Source of the DNA: a virus
Lineage: Duplodnaviria; Caudoviricetes
Virus record (IMG/VR): IMGVR_UViG_3300031760_000001
Span: 96,001 to 160,000 of that record
Reading direction: 5' to 3' (one strand)
Length of the DNA: 64,000 nt
The position numbers were made by a program, and so were the translations under genes. Below, piece by piece: positions 19,837 through 28,776 of the stretch (position 1 is the stretch's first letter; every line of letters begins with the position of its first letter). The notes below the pieces were generated by a model. The model did no database searches. It saw only the letters and a list, made by a program, of their open reading frames with translations, and was not told the origin of the DNA.

Positions 19837-21267
19837 TTATTTTTTGTAACTATTTTTTGCACTTATTGCCATCTCTGTGGAAAACTGTTGATTACTTTCC
19901 AAAGCATCGTCAACCTGTGTATCGGTGCAACCTGTAAAATCAAATTTTGTTGTACCGTTGTTAAACTTGACACCCATAAAACTGTTTGTTTTAATTCTGC
20001 CTGGTCTGAATTTATTGATGAATATATTCAACAAATCATCCTTACGCATGGCATCAGTTCTAGCGAATGAAATAATTACATGACCAATCTGTACTTTTTT
20101 GACAGAACCACCAGCTTGTGTAAGACCAACAATCTCTTGGTTGAATGAGTCTTTTGTACCCTGAACAGGACACCATAAAGCCACATTATAATCGTGTGCG
20201 ATTTTTTCCAACTTCCTCATTGTCAAACCTTCCCTAGTCCATTCACTGTCAGCATTTGAATCAGCTTTTTCAAGTTTTAGACACTCAAAATAATCAACAA
20301 TAACCAAATCAGGTTTGAAACCCATTGCTATATGTCTTTGAATAAACCTCTCAATATCAGTGGGGGACATTTCTCCATTCAATGCGTGATATCCAACAAC
20401 ATTATTCTGAATCATATCCTTCCATTCATTTTCATTTATCATTTCAATCACCCGTGGTCTGACATCAGGTAAACTAAGGTCACATGCATCAATATTGGTT
20501 AAATACGCATAATATTTACGTTTAATATTAACTTCTTCATCCTCAAAGAATATATGCAATACTTTGTAACCCTTGTAGTTATTATCTTCAGTCTTTGTAA
20601 CAGCAGCTGTTGCTGCAAAACCTGTAGTAGCACTGGTTTTACCAACACTTGACGGGGCAATGATAATACCAAGCTCACCTTTACCTAAGCCACCGTAAAA
20701 CGCTTTATCTAACAAATCAGCACCAGTTGGGATTGTGCAACGGTAATCCTCTTTAAGGGCATCTTCCATATTGTCAAACACGTGGAATCCCATGTTTTTC
20801 TTATTGCTGGTTTCAATAGCTTTCCTCACGATACCTTCAATATCGTCGTATCGTTTGTCATCACCTTTCTGTATAATCTCATAAGCCTGGTTAATTGCCT
20901 GGGTGAGATTCTGTTGTTTGAAGAATTTTTCAGAACACTCCTCGATAAGGTCAATGCCACGTGTTTCAATCGTCTGTATTTTCTCAAGCATCGCAATACA
21001 CTGGTCAACCGTGATTGCGTCACTGATTTTACTGCGAATAAGTGTATCAAGGTCTTTATATTTGGCAACGCTGTCAGTCAAAGCGTAACGGTCTTTCATA
21101 AAACCAACAATACGCTTTAAGTTAGGGTCGGTAAAATGGTTTTGGTTTACCATACTTTCAACGTTCATAAAGAATTTCTGGTCTTCAATGAAACACTTTA
21201 CCAACTCTATCTGGAAATCCTCGCCTAAATACCCTAAATTACTCTTATCAACTTTTTTATTTGCCAT
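19837..21267 (-). CDS. Replicative DnaB/gp41-like helicase
   Basis: IPTG..LDKAFYGGLGKGELGIIIAPSSVGKTS (Walker A), VLHIFFED, PDLVIVDY (Walker B), WCPVQ and KFR motifs. Confidence 0.9.
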   Translation of the reverse strand: MANKKVDKSNLGYLGEDFQIELVKCFIEDQKFFMNVESMVNQNHFTDPNLKRIVGFMKDRYALTDSVAKYKDLDTLIRSKISDAITVDQCIAMLEKIQTIETRGIDLIEECSEKFFKQQNLTQAINQAYEIIQKGDDKRYDDIEGIVRKAIETSNKKNMGFHVFDNMEDALKEDYRCTIPTGADLLDKAFYGGLGKGELGIIIAPSSVGKTSATTGFAATAAVTKTEDNNYKGYKVLHIFFEDEEVNIKRKYYAYLTNIDACDLSLPDVRPRVIEMINENEWKDMIQNNVVGYHALNGEMSPTDIERFIQRHIAMGFKPDLVIVDYFECLKLEKADSNADSEWTREGLTMRKLEKIAHDYNVALWCPVQGTKDSFNQEIVGLTQAGGSVKKVQIGHVIISFARTDAMRKDDLLNIFINKFRPGRIKTNSFMGVKFNNGTTKFDFTGCTDTQVDDALESNQQFSTEMAISAKNSYKK

Positions 21268-21277
21268 AAAATTGTTT

Positions 21278-21302
21278 AAAAAGGGGTCATTTTACTGACC
21301 CC
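21278..21302 (-). terminator. Putative intrinsic terminator
   Basis: Minus strand ggggtca-gtaaaa-tgacccc followed by T5. Confidence 0.65.
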
Positions 21303-21317
21303 ATTAACAGTTCAACA

Positions 21318-22139
21318 TTAGTTTCTACGCATATTGCCGTACTTCTGAGCACAATATACTCTCCACATATTCACATACTCACGGTTGTAAGGTGTGAAAG
21401 TAAGTTTCTTTGACTGATTCAGTTTTGAATACTTACTCAAATCAACAACATCGTCGGACACAATGTTAGTGTTATCCCAACACTTCACATCACCGCCTTT
21501 GGATGTAGCATTGTGAAACGCACCATCCATACCGTAACGTTCAAACTTGGCATACTGTTTTACGGTTTCCTGGTCTTTGTTTGAACACACCTCACAGATG
21601 TTTTTGATAATATTGGCTACCAAATCCTCACGTCCGTTGTTCATAATCTGAACCATAATGTACGGTGACTTGGAATTGGTAATGTCAACACTGTTACGCA
21701 CATACTTCGGGTACTGTGAACCATCCCATATACGCTCGTAAACTACGTTATCGTCAACCAGAAAAGTAAATCTGAATGTCACATCCCACGGGTTAACAAA
21801 CTCATCCTCATCCCACTCTTTTGCTGGGATGTCAACATAAACTGGCTCATTGATAGGCATACCGTTCTCGTCCTTGGCAAAACCTGTCAATTTAGTTTTA
21901 CCACCACAGTTGTTCCATAAATAAACCCTGCTCTTTGACTCAAGGTCATCCTTAATCATACGGACACAATCGTCAAGAGTCTCATAGAGTTCATAGGAAC
22001 AAACAGAATCGCTGTTATAGCGATTGATTTTGAAATAGCGCTGACAAATGATATTGTCGTTTACCTTCAAATGAAATTGGAATCTTTCACGGTAATTGCT
22101 ATTATCTACTTTTTTTACTGTTTTTTCGTTTTCTTCCAT
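21318..22139 (-). CDS. Conserved phage hypothetical protein in the replication cluster
   Basis: FQFHLKVNDNIICQRYF...YERIWDGSQYPKYVRNSVDI. Preceded by the TTGTATATT motif. Confidence 0.7.
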   Translation of the reverse strand: MEENEKTVKKVDNSNYRERFQFHLKVNDNIICQRYFKINRYNSDSVCSYELYETLDDCVRMIKDDLESKSRVYLWNNCGGKTKLTGFAKDENGMPINEPVYVDIPAKEWDEDEFVNPWDVTFRFTFLVDDNVVYERIWDGSQYPKYVRNSVDITNSKSPYIMVQIMNNGREDLVANIIKNICEVCSNKDQETVKQYAKFERYGMDGAFHNATSKGGDVKCWDNTNIVSDDVVDLSKYSKLNQSKKLTFTPYNREYVNMWRVYCAQKYGNMRRN

Positions 22140-22181
22140 TAGAAATTTTTATTAAGTTAAACAATCTAGTTAGTTACTATT

Positions 22182-22190
22182 AATATACAA
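22182..22190 (-). promoter_or_regulatory. Early/middle-type promoter motif TTGTATATT (representative of 6 exact copies)
   Basis: The same 9-mer is in sense orientation at 25444-25452, 28698-28706, 30658-30666, 55573-55581 (all minus) and 57394-57402 (plus). Confidence 0.6.
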
Positions 22191-22226
22191 AAATTATTTT
22201 TGTACACAAAGATTTTTCAAAAAAAT

Positions 22227-22406
22227 TTATTCTTTCGGCATAACAAGTGCTGCCATCAGATAAAATATCAATCCAACAGGCAAACAAAGGCTCCCGAATA
22301 CAGTCAGTAAACGGACAATTGTTGCGTCTGTATCAAAATATTCAGCAATGCCACCACATACGCCGAAAATAATCTTGTTTGTAGAACTTCTTTTTAATTT
22401 CTTCAT
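22227..22406 (-). CDS. pspC: PspC-domain membrane protein, 59 aa (not in ORF track)
   Basis: Hand translation: MKKLKRSSTNKIIFGVCGGIAEYFDTDATIVRLLTVFGSLCLPVGLIFYLMAALVMPKE. Has the canonical PspC motif LxRS..xKxIxGVCGGIAEY...xVR...Y....xMP. ATGA overlap with the exonuclease stop codon. Confidence 0.92.
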   Translation of the reverse strand: MKKLKRSSTNKIIFGVCGGIAEYFDTDATIVRLLTVFGSLCLPVGLIFYLMAALVMPKE

Positions 22407-23596
22407 AATTCTTTATTGTTTTTCTCTTTATCTATTAAAAATTTGAATTCAGTGAAAAAATTGCCAAATCTGGTTTCATCCTTAAGGTCGTCAATGTTGT
22501 ATTCCAGCAGAATCTTGTACAAATTCTCAAGGCTCCTACCCTCGGCATCCATAGGGGCATACATCATACCATCAAGTAACTCTTTTGCTTCCTCTGGCAT
22601 CAACGGATTCCTTAAATCTATAATCTTTTCATTAATTTCATAAATTTTATCTCCCTGAGCACCATCAGTTACTCTGTTTATTATGTTTTCAGCCCATTTT
22701 AGAGGTTTCTTCTTCTCTGAAGAACGTTGTTCATTAATAGTTTTCGCACCATCAATAACCTCTTCCAGTGTCATTTTCTTTGTTTTGAAACCTGGGAAGT
22801 TATCAAACAAGGTTTTTTCCCCAACACCCTTAATACCTTTAATATTATCAGACACATCACCGCAAATTATCTTTTTAAGGGCTACATTTTGATAGTTATA
22901 TCCCATAATCTCGGTGTGGTTCCTTGAATTGATAAACTGAATACCAACTTCGGGTTTCTTAATAGCCAATATCACATCGTCTTTCTCTGGATTCAAAGAA
23001 CTTTTCTGAATTAATTGTGACAAATCCCTATCATTAGAGAAAATCACTATATTTTCTTCGGGTTTCTTATGGTTTACATAGTAGGCAATGAAGTCATCAG
23101 CCTCTGTCTCATCATATAAACACTGACGAATAAACAATTCATCAAGACATTCAATCAAAACCTCACGCTGCCAGTGAAAATTCTCCTTTTCTTCCTCAGT
23201 TTTTGACGGTTTCTTATTCATTTCACCGTAAATCTTCTTCTGCATGTATGAAATACGGTTATTTACCTCTTTCATATAGTCAGAAAGGTTGTTGTCGGTG
23301 TAATTTTTGTCTCTGTTGGCTTTATAGTCCGAATTAAGGTCATATCTTAGCTGACCACTATTATCTCCATCCCAGAAGCAATAAACATACCTAAAATTGC
23401 CTTTTTTGAGAAGAATTTTTAACTGTAAAAGGAATGCAAATATGGCTCCAATTTCTTTACCATCACTGGAGGTCTTCTTACTTGCACTGAATACAAGTTC
23501 CAAGAGACTGGAACCATCGATTAACAACGTGTTAAACGGTTTGATTCCAATCTCAGGATTTTTTTCTTTAATTTTCTTCGGTATTGGTTGTGACAT
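22403..23596 (-). CDS. 5'-3' exonuclease / flap endonuclease (T4 RNase H, Pol I N-terminal-like)
   Basis: TLLIDGS, YKANR, EADDFIAY, SNDRDLSQL and GDVSDNIKGIKGVGEKT (helix-hairpin-helix) motifs. Start adjusted to MSQPIP. Confidence 0.92.
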   Translation of the reverse strand: MSQPIPKKIKEKNPEIGIKPFNTLLIDGSSLLELVFSASKKTSSDGKEIGAIFAFLLQLKILLKKGNFRYVYCFWDGDNSGQLRYDLNSDYKANRDKNYTDNNLSDYMKEVNNRISYMQKKIYGEMNKKPSKTEEEKENFHWQREVLIECLDELFIRQCLYDETEADDFIAYYVNHKKPEENIVIFSNDRDLSQLIQKSSLNPEKDDVILAIKKPEVGIQFINSRNHTEIMGYNYQNVALKKIICGDVSDNIKGIKGVGEKTLFDNFPGFKTKKMTLEEVIDGAKTINEQRSSEKKKPLKWAENIINRVTDGAQGDKIYEINEKIIDLRNPLMPEEAKELLDGMMYAPMDAEGRSLENLYKILLEYNIDDLKDETRFGNFFTEFKFLIDKEKNNKEL

Positions 23597-23894
23597 CAGT
23601 AGCCTCCTCACTTTTATTGGGAGTTTTGGTTGTGTCCTCTTCCTTAAGGTAACAAAAAATGTTCCCTTTTTGGTTAATAAGAACCTCCTTGTCTAGGTCG
23701 AGGTCGTATTTGTAAGCCTCAGCCTGGTATTCCTCCTTGGTCTTGAATACGACCATCAAAGGTTCCTGTCTTGCAGTTGGTTTTTCATCTTTATAACCAG
23801 TCAATGAACGGAAAAGGTTGTGACTGATTTTTTCACATTTTTCATCTTGAAGGTTGAAATCAACCATGTCTTCTTTTACTAAAACTACTTTCAT
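23568..23894 (-). CDS. Hypothetical protein, 108 aa
   Basis: ATG-initiated ORF co-oriented with the operon; fills the gap between neighbours. Confidence 0.6.
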   Translation of the reverse strand: MKVVLVKEDMVDFNLQDEKCEKISHNLFRSLTGYKDEKPTARQEPLMVVFKTKEEYQAEAYKYDLDLDKEVLINQKGNIFCYLKEEDTTKTPNKSEEATDVTTNTEEN

Positions 23895-23930
23895 AATATT
23901 TTATTTATTTTTATGTGTTAATAATTTTCT

Positions 23931-24383
23931 TTAAAATTCTCCTCTAATAAACTTTCTCGCTTTTTCTTGTTCTTCTTCTGTTAGCTCTGAAAACGCTCTA
24001 AATGTAGGGGTGTCATCTTCATAACCAAACTCTTCAATAATCTCAGGTTTTCCACTATTGCACATTGAATAATAAATGGTTGTAACATTATTGTGTTGGT
24101 TACCGTCATTTTTTCTATTTAATTTCCTTAGAACTTTTATGGGGTCACCATTTACCGATTTTGTGCAATATTCAACGGTCGGCATCGGAAATCTTTTCAT
24201 TGTAAACGGTTCAACTAACTCCGTTACATCAACTACTTTTGCGGTAACATCCAATAGCATAGCTTCTCTTCCAATGGTATCATTGTGTTCCATTACACAT
24301 CCTGGGTTAATGTATTCCTTAATCTCAATGTAATCGCCAACCTCTGGCTCATAAATTTTCTTTGGCTTTTCTACTACTTTCAT
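23931..24383 (-). CDS. Hypothetical protein with SH3/KOW-like N-terminal domain
   Basis: EPEVGDYIEI...VTAKVVDV...VEPFTMK. Similar to the C-terminal part of the upstream ORF. Confidence 0.6.
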   Translation of the reverse strand: MKVVEKPKKIYEPEVGDYIEIKEYINPGCVMEHNDTIGREAMLLDVTAKVVDVTELVEPFTMKRFPMPTVEYCTKSVNGDPIKVLRKLNRKNDGNQHNNVTTIYYSMCNSGKPEIIEEFGYEDDTPTFRAFSELTEEEQEKARKFIRGEF

Positions 24384-24406
24384 ATTACTTATATTTTAAT
24401 TAATAA

Positions 24407-25141
24407 TTAATTTTTCAACGTAAAACTCTTTATTTCTTTCTTTGTGTACATATTAAACACAGCGTAATTGTCTAATATTTTACTAGTTAACGCTCTTTCT
24501 TCTTCCATTAGACAATTAACAGCGTTTTCTACTTGATATTTAATTATAACAACAGCTACTGGTTTAAAGGTTTCTGGTTCATATACCTTATGTATCTCAG
24601 TTACTTTGGCTGTTATAAACGAAAAAAACCCTTTATCATATACCCTAACAGTATCACCAACTTTCACTTCTTCCACCTCACCTTTTTCGGGAGGGTTGTG
24701 GGATTCCTCTAGTGTAAATTTTAGCTTTTCTTGACTATCACTTCTATCATAGGGACACTGACATTCATACCATCCTGATTCTTTATTATAGGTTTTCCAA
24801 CCATCACCATCTTCATAATCAAAACAATCACCTTTAACATAAGCACGGATACGCCAAGGTTTAATTATATTTTCTTCAATCATATTAAAGAAAATTTCCT
24901 TTCCTTCGTCATCTAAATCTCTTGTAAAAACAGTTCCCCAATTACCATAACTTGATAATGAAAACCCATCAAGCCCAGGTGCTGAATAACTACAGTCACT
25001 ATGCATTTTTGGAGTATAACCGTATTTTTCTACATAACTATGGTCACCTATTTTACTATTTGGATTGGTTTGGTAGTCAATACTGTCACCATTCAAATAT
25101 GCCGTTCTAAACGGCTCTTTCAATAACTCTAATTTTTCCAT
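24407..25141 (-). CDS. Hypothetical protein with SH3/KOW-like C-terminal domain
   Basis: EVKVGDTVRV...ITAKVTEI...YEPETFK. Start moved to MEKLELLK because the longer start runs through a terminator-like hairpin. Confidence 0.6.
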   Translation of the reverse strand: MEKLELLKEPFRTAYLNGDSIDYQTNPNSKIGDHSYVEKYGYTPKMHSDCSYSAPGLDGFSLSSYGNWGTVFTRDLDDEGKEIFFNMIEENIIKPWRIRAYVKGDCFDYEDGDGWKTYNKESGWYECQCPYDRSDSQEKLKFTLEESHNPPEKGEVEEVKVGDTVRVYDKGFFSFITAKVTEIHKVYEPETFKPVAVVIIKYQVENAVNCLMEEERALTSKILDNYAVFNMYTKKEIKSFTLKN

Positions 25142-25160
25142 ATTATTAACTTGCATTAAA

Positions 25161-25199
25161 ATAAAGTTATTGCACCCACATAGAGCAGGTACAATAACC
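25161..25199 (-). terminator. Putative terminator hairpin after the Hc1-like gene
   Basis: Minus strand gttattgtacc...ggtgcaataac followed by tttatttt. Confidence 0.5.
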
Positions 25200-25215
25200 A
25201 ACCACACCTCTTTAA

Positions 25216-25413
25216 TTACTCTTCCTCAACACCGTTTTTAATATCAGACACTTGAGCACGGATTGACTGTGCAAGCTTCTTGATTTCCTGCATATTTTTA
25301 CGTACACGAGTACCAGCGGCGTTATTGCCATTGTCGAACTTCTGAGCATCAGTCATTGCAAGACCGATAAAATTCTGCATCTGTGTTAACTTGTCAATAA
25401 TTGTATAATCCAT
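25216..25413 (-). CDS. Histone H1-like (Hc1-family) small DNA-binding protein
   Basis: DAQKFDNGNNAAGTRVRKNMQEIKKLAQSIRAQV matches the Hc1 / Bacteroidota 'histone H1' motif GNxAAGTRxRK. Confidence 0.8.
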   Translation of the reverse strand: MDYTIIDKLTQMQNFIGLAMTDAQKFDNGNNAAGTRVRKNMQEIKKLAQSIRAQVSDIKNGVEEE

Positions 25414-25478
25414 ATCTTTAAATTTTATTATTTATTTACTACTAATATACAAAATTATTTCTTTTATAGAAAAAATTT

Positions 25479-26687
25479 TTAATCCTCCTCTTCAGATTCC
25501 TGGAATTCAATATCACTTTCATTGACACTAACCTTATTATCAGCCATATTCTGCAATTCCTTCAATATTCTCGAAACATGATTTTTCTTGTAGTCGTCAA
25601 GAGACTCCAATGAAATGAAACCAGTGTCAGTTGCAACCAGCGGACCTTCGTAACACACATTGTGTGGGGCGTTCAGATGGTTCTTCAAAACCTTAATCTT
25701 GGTCTCAGTACCATAGCTATAATTCAAACCTTTTGCTGTTGCTGTCAAGCGCTTAACACCAGCAGTCAACTGACCACCCATAAGGATTTCAAGACGTGTT
25801 GCATATTTGAAAGCGTTACCACCCTTTGGACGCATGATTGCAGGACCAACAGGATTGGTTGTGTTATCCATCCATACCTTATTAATATAAATGAAAGTGT
25901 TGGTATATTTTGAACTGACTTTCCTTGATGAAGGAATCAAGTCGTTTACAACTTTCATAAATGCCACTGAAAGGGCACCTGCAGCCCACATATTGTTAGC
26001 TGAAAGTGATTTGTACTCTTTGTAACAACCAATTGAACCAACTGAGTCCCAAATAAAGACCAAACCCTGGTCAATTTCACCGTCACGCTGGGCAATAATC
26101 AATTCTTGCATACAACGGGCAATATCCTCCAAAACAGCCTCACCACGGTTCTTTGTGGTATCTTTACCAGTGCTGTAATCGAATGTACCATACTGTTCAG
26201 CAAGCTTAGTTGTATTGTAGTAAAGGAAATTACCTTCCCAGTTCACAATTCGGTTCTCGATGTGGTATGAAACCTCACCTGTCTCTGGGTCAATATCCTC
26301 AACCTGGACATCACCGTAAACTGGAGTTGCGTCAAGGCCCATCTTTACAGCATATTCAAATGAAAATGCGTTCTCAGTATCGAAATAAACAGGAATGTAA
26401 CCCTGTCTTTGTGCTGAAACCATAGCATGATTCAACAAAGTGGTTTTACCAGTATTTGAGTGACCGATAATAGATGTGACATAACCGATAGGGATACCTG
26501 GAAGTTTTGTTGCTTCCTGGAAAGCATCTGGCATTGTAAGCCACTCCATTGGTTTGTCAGCGTTGCTGACGATTGTCACTTCATTGTTGTCAGATGGTGT
26601 GTAAACCATACCCTTTTTTTCCTTAAAAGCTGAAATACCAGATTTCTTCACGATTCCAGCACCTTTTTTAATAGCTTGTTTTGCCAT
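25479..26687 (-). CDS. RecA/UvsX-like recombinase
   Basis: PGIPIGYVTSIIGHSNTGKTT (Walker A), YFDTEN, FIWDSVG (Walker B), INKVW, PKGGNAFKY and KVLKNH motifs. Confidence 0.9.
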   Translation of the reverse strand: MAKQAIKKGAGIVKKSGISAFKEKKGMVYTPSDNNEVTIVSNADKPMEWLTMPDAFQEATKLPGIPIGYVTSIIGHSNTGKTTLLNHAMVSAQRQGYIPVYFDTENAFSFEYAVKMGLDATPVYGDVQVEDIDPETGEVSYHIENRIVNWEGNFLYYNTTKLAEQYGTFDYSTGKDTTKNRGEAVLEDIARCMQELIIAQRDGEIDQGLVFIWDSVGSIGCYKEYKSLSANNMWAAGALSVAFMKVVNDLIPSSRKVSSKYTNTFIYINKVWMDNTTNPVGPAIMRPKGGNAFKYATRLEILMGGQLTAGVKRLTATAKGLNYSYGTETKIKVLKNHLNAPHNVCYEGPLVATDTGFISLESLDDYKKNHVSRILKELQNMADNKVSVNESDIEFQESEEED

Positions 26688-26691
26688 AAAT

Positions 26692-26979
26692 TTAATTTGT
26701 TTTTACATTATTGTTATCCTTTATTAAATCTTTAAAGATTTTGTCGATTTCATCGATTTTCCTTTTAACTTCAGTATATTCTTCCTCGCTAATCATCACT
26801 GGGTTTATACACTCAAGTCTGCTTCCGCCTTCATAAACTGGGATAAAATACTTATCAGTTCCATCATCGTTTTTACTTAAACTAGTGGCAACATCGTTCA
26901 TATAAGCTGAAACATCGTCTTCGTAAACACGTGACACATCTGTGTAAAAAACCAAAATTAATCTGTTATTTTCACTCAT
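26692..26979 (-). CDS. Hypothetical protein, 95 aa
   Basis: In-operon ORF, LILVFY...YFIPV...SRLECINP. Confidence 0.7.
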   Translation of the reverse strand: MSENNRLILVFYTDVSRVYEDDVSAYMNDVATSLSKNDDGTDKYFIPVYEGGSRLECINPVMISEEEYTEVKRKIDEIDKIFKDLIKDNNNVKTN

Positions 26980-27000
26980 ATAATCTACTTTTTATATATT

Positions 27001-27612
27001 TTATTCCATAAAATTCTTGCGGTTGACCATATCATGGTAACACTTGCGGCACACTGGCTTGTACATATCGTTTCCGCCAACCTGTATCTGTTCACCGTCA
27101 GTGACAATTTCACCGTCCTCATTGAACCTTGCGTTGATTATCGCTTTCCTACCACATGCACATGAAAGCTTAATCTCCTCAATATTGTCAGCAAGCTCAA
27201 AAAGCCTTTTGCTGCCAGGAAACAAATGCCCAGTGAAATCGTTCCTTAATCCGTAACACATCACATTGATGTTGAGGTTATCCACAATATAGCTCAGTTG
27301 TTCCACCTGTTCCTCGGTCAAAAACTGTGACTCATCACACAGAATCCATTTAGGTGTAGGTAATCCGATTGCTTGCATATTGGCATTGTATTCGGTTATA
27401 ATACCTGTAATGTCATCATCAGCGTCAATTGCCAGACACTTCATTTCAAGTCCAACTCTTGACTTGATTACACCCTCACCATCCCTGTCATCAATAGCAG
27501 GTTTGATACACAGAATTGGTGTGTTGTTTTCCAGGAACGAATGTGCCTTCATCAACAGATAGGCACTTTTACCCGTATTCATAGGGGCAAAAATCATATA
27601 AAGTTTCGCCAT
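27001..27612 (-). CDS. tdk: Thymidine kinase
   Basis: APMNTGKS P-loop, IKSRVG, CDESQFL, CYGLRNDF..LFPGS, CACG, GGNDMYKPVCRKCY. Confidence 0.95.
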   Translation of the reverse strand: MAKLYMIFAPMNTGKSAYLLMKAHSFLENNTPILCIKPAIDDRDGEGVIKSRVGLEMKCLAIDADDDITGIITEYNANMQAIGLPTPKWILCDESQFLTEEQVEQLSYIVDNLNINVMCYGLRNDFTGHLFPGSKRLFELADNIEEIKLSCACGRKAIINARFNEDGEIVTDGEQIQVGGNDMYKPVCRKCYHDMVNRKNFME

Positions 27613-27625
27613 AAATTTAAACTAA

Positions 27626-28615
27626 TTAAAACGGTAATTCTTCTTCATCATCACTTGAAACCACTGGTTGGGGTGCAGGCTTTGGCTCAGGTTTTGGTTG
27701 TTCCTTCAATTCCTGTGCAGCTTCCTGTTCAGCCTTTTCCTTGTCAGTGATTTCTTTCCAAGCAACCCATTTCTTGTTTTCTGCATCGAAAACGGGTGTC
27801 TTGTCATCTGCAATAAGAGCAAGATAATCAAATGACTTGGCACGGTACATATCTTTCCAGTCCTTTATGTCGTTCACCCACATTTCAATCTGTTCATCAG
27901 TACCCAATGGTTTTGGAGCAACATCCGCCATAATCTTGATAGCGGTTTTATCTGGTGAATTTTCACTCTTTTTAGGAGCTTTAGTAAGGGTAAGAATCAA
28001 ATCAATACCGTCTTTGTAGTCAAAAATGTTTCTGCCAGCAGCGTGATAAGCCATCCACAATTCTTTAATTGTGTCAAATGGACCTGTACCGTCATCGTGT
28101 TTGTTAAAACGCCAGAACTTAATACCCTCATCCTCTTTGCCACGCTCAATGCAACGCACAATATAAGAAGTCTTTGTATCATACGAATAAGCCTGTTTAC
28201 AAATAGCTTTCTTCTCATTTATGTCTGTTGCTTTGTTAGCCTCTTCAAAAATCTGGAGTTTCTTCTGACATAATGGACAGCCGTTCTGACCAACCTCATC
28301 CTTAATATGATGGTCGTTCAGACAAATGAATGACTTATAGCCACCTTTGGCTACCTTGTTCTGTCTGTTCTGGTTTAATGAAAGTTTTAATGAATGTATA
28401 TTGACTGGAATAGCGAATTTCTTTTTTCCGTCAATATCCTCGGTGAGAACTATGCGAATGTTAACCGTTCTCTTCTGCTCGTTGTCTGCGAGTCTTGTGT
28501 TCAGATAGTTTTTGGCATCGAATGCCTTTTTCTGTTGTTGTGGCTGTGTTTGTGACTGGTTGCCACAGCCGTCGTCGAATAATTCATTTTCATTTAGATT
28601 TACATCTTCTGTCAT
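27626..28615 (-). CDS. Single-stranded DNA-binding protein (T4 gp32-like)
   Basis: Putative Zn-site CLNDHH...CPLC, IERGKEDEGIKFWRF, FDYKDGIDLIL and acidic C-terminal tail DDEEELPF. Confidence 0.8.
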   Translation of the reverse strand: MTEDVNLNENELFDDGCGNQSQTQPQQQKKAFDAKNYLNTRLADNEQKRTVNIRIVLTEDIDGKKKFAIPVNIHSLKLSLNQNRQNKVAKGGYKSFICLNDHHIKDEVGQNGCPLCQKKLQIFEEANKATDINEKKAICKQAYSYDTKTSYIVRCIERGKEDEGIKFWRFNKHDDGTGPFDTIKELWMAYHAAGRNIFDYKDGIDLILTLTKAPKKSENSPDKTAIKIMADVAPKPLGTDEQIEMWVNDIKDWKDMYRAKSFDYLALIADDKTPVFDAENKKWVAWKEITDKEKAEQEAAQELKEQPKPEPKPAPQPVVSSDDEEELPF

Positions 28616-28724
28616 TGTTTTTAATTGTTAATATATTATTTTAGATTTGCATGTGATATAATATAAATAGTATTTTTTATATTTTTTTCTTATATATAAT
28701 ATACAAATTTTTCATAATTTTAAC

Positions 28725-28753
28725 AAAAAAAGCAACACAAATTGTGCTGCTTT
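28725..28753 (-). terminator. Putative intrinsic terminator
   Basis: Minus strand aaagcagcac-aattt-gtgttgcttt followed by T-run. Confidence 0.6.
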
Positions 28754-28776
28754 CTTTATTGTTTTCAATAACCTTG

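Noticed and set aside
17350-26687. Inteins or self-splicing introns in nrdJ, the helicase or recA
   Set aside because: Protein sizes are near normal, reading frames are uninterrupted, and no intein terminal motifs or LAGLIDADG blocks are evident.
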